Positions 62,723-64,000 of a stretch of 64,000 bases of DNA are shown here, piece by piece. The translations under genes were made by a program, and so were the position numbers. Below the pieces are notes generated by a model. The model made no database searches, was not told the DNA's origin, and worked only from the letters and a program-made list of their open reading frames with translations. The stretch lies in NCBI RefSeq assembly GCF_003019035.1, contig NZ_CP027447.1; one strand, written 5' to 3'. Position 1 is the stretch's first letter. Every line of letters begins with the position of its first letter. This DNA is from Escherichia coli (GTDB lineage: Bacteria; Pseudomonadota; Gammaproteobacteria; Enterobacterales; Enterobacteriaceae).

Positions 62723-63010
62723 TTAATAATGCTCGCCACTATCCACCCCGCACCCATCATCCCAGATACGAATGAAATCACCCCGTGCGTCAGGTAATAC
62801 CAGCGACGGAAACACTTTCGCCAGCACAGGGTAATCAGTGGCAGAAAATTTCGCTCCGTTGAACTTCAAAAACACCATACCGGACCAGCTGTTGATTACG
62901 GTATTTGGCATTGCAGCGGAGGGCCAGAAGAACGGAACTCCAATAGCCGGAGCACCTTCTCCCAAACCAACGTTTATGAAAATGCAGAAATAACGAGCAA
63001 ATGGCATCAT
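62723..63010 (-). CDS. Alternative tail-fibre C-terminal segment (tail-collar-domain fragment)
   Basis: 95-aa ORF containing crossover-encoded GLGE and tail-collar-like motif (PDARGDFIRIWDDGCGVD); would fuse to the constant part after inversion; likely truncated. Confidence 0.45.
   Translation of the reverse strand: MMPFARYFCIFINVGLGEGAPAIGVPFFWPSAAMPNTVINSWSGMVFLKFNGAKFSATDYPVLAKVFPSLVLPDARGDFIRIWDDGCGVDSGEHY
62955..62981. repeat. Right recombination site of invertible segment
   Basis: cttctcccaaaccaacgtttatgaaaa; reverse complement shares the ggtttgggagaag core with the left site. Confidence 0.5.
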
Positions 63011-63036
63011 TCCTGCTTTTGTCAGGGAGATCTACC

Positions 63037-63591
63037 ATGCTTATTGGCTATGTACGTGTGTCAACAAATGACCAGAACACAGATCTACAACGTAATGCGC
63101 TGAACTGTGCAGGATGCGAGCTGATTTTTGAAGACAAGATAAGCGGTACAAAGTCCGAAAGGCCGGGACTGAAAAAACTGCTCAGGACATTATCGGCAGG
63201 TGACACTCTGGTTGTCTGGAAGCTGGATCGGCTAGGGCGTAGTATGCGGCATCTGGTCATTCTGGTTGAGGAGTTGCGCGAACGTGGCGTTAATTTTCGC
63301 AGCCTGACGGATGCTATTGATACCAGCACACCGATGGGGCGTTTTTTCTTTCATGTGATGGGTGCCCTGGCTGAAATGGAACGAGAACTGATTGTTGAAC
63401 GAACAAAAGCTGGACTGGAAGCTGCTCGCGCACAGGGACGAATTGGTGGACGTCGTCCCAAACTTACACCAGAACAATGGGCGCAGGCCGGGCGATTAAT
63501 TGCATCAGGCGTTCCTCGCCAGAAGGTGGCGATCATCTATGATGTTGGTATATCGACACTGTATAAGAAGTTTCCGGTCGGAGATAAATGA
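63037..63591 (+). CDS. pin: DNA invertase, serine recombinase (Hin/Gin/Pin family)
   Basis: ORF-track 63001..63591; ATG at 63037 with GGGAGA RBS; MLIGYVRVSTNDQNTDLQRNAL... resolvase N-domain with catalytic Ser and C-terminal HTH; symbol assumes the e14-type Pin orthologue. Confidence 0.85.
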   Translation: MLIGYVRVSTNDQNTDLQRNALNCAGCELIFEDKISGTKSERPGLKKLLRTLSAGDTLVVWKLDRLGRSMRHLVILVEELRERGVNFRSLTDAIDTSTPMGRFFFHVMGALAEMERELIVERTKAGLEAARAQGRIGGRRPKLTPEQWAQAGRLIASGVPRQKVAIIYDVGISTLYKKFPVGDK

Positions 63592-63593
63592 AA

Positions 63594-63630
63594 CCGTAGC
63601 ACGTCGTATGCAAGATCGTGCTGCGGTTTA
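63594..63630. terminator. Hairpin between convergent invertase and downstream ORF
   Basis: ccgtagcacg-(13 nt)-cgtgctgcgg (one mismatch) followed by ttta. Confidence 0.4.
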
Positions 63631-63648
63631 TGCTTATCACTTAAAGAC

Positions 63649-64000
<352 letters not shown>

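Larger units (their letters stand above)
61140..62968. other. Invertible tail-fibre DNA segment (about 1.8 kb)
   Basis: Bounded by inverted hix-like repeats; stf/tfa genes on plus strand and alternative copies on minus strand; invertase gene immediately to the right. Confidence 0.55.

Overview
The window reads as an Escherichia coli-type chromosome segment in three parts. (1) 1-14.3 kb is the distal half of the Flag-2 lateral-flagellar locus: lfgH (5' partial), lfgIJKL, lafW, lafZ, lafA-F, the sigma-28 gene lafS, and the stator genes lafT/lafU. (2) 14.4-26.6 kb holds conserved core genes: dinB-yafP, an RtcB-family ligase with prfH, pepD, gpt, frsA, crl, phoE, proB, proA and tRNA-Thr (thrW). 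(3) 26.6-64 kb is a mosaic prophage integrated at thrW, with its right end beyond the window: P22-like int/xis, a yfdPQRST-like early-left module, a lambdoid cI/cro immunity region, an O-like replication gene with internal iterons, rusA, a QuuD-like Q antiterminator, a lysis cassette, an HK97-like head module, a Mu-like contractile tail, and an e14-like invertible tail-fibre segment with a Pin/Gin-family invertase. The best candidate for an undescribed system is a visibly AT-rich, opposite-strand two-gene cassette at 38.47-39.93 kb between Q and the late genes. It encodes a 308-aa soluble protein and an overlapping 182-aa four-helix membrane protein; I cannot assign either to a known family. 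Its architecture resembles lambda RexA/RexB, so I propose it as a candidate abortive-infection/defence module, on architectural grounds only. All calls are from reading the sequence and the supplied ORF track; no database search or computation was run, and similarities to known proteins are recalled from memory.
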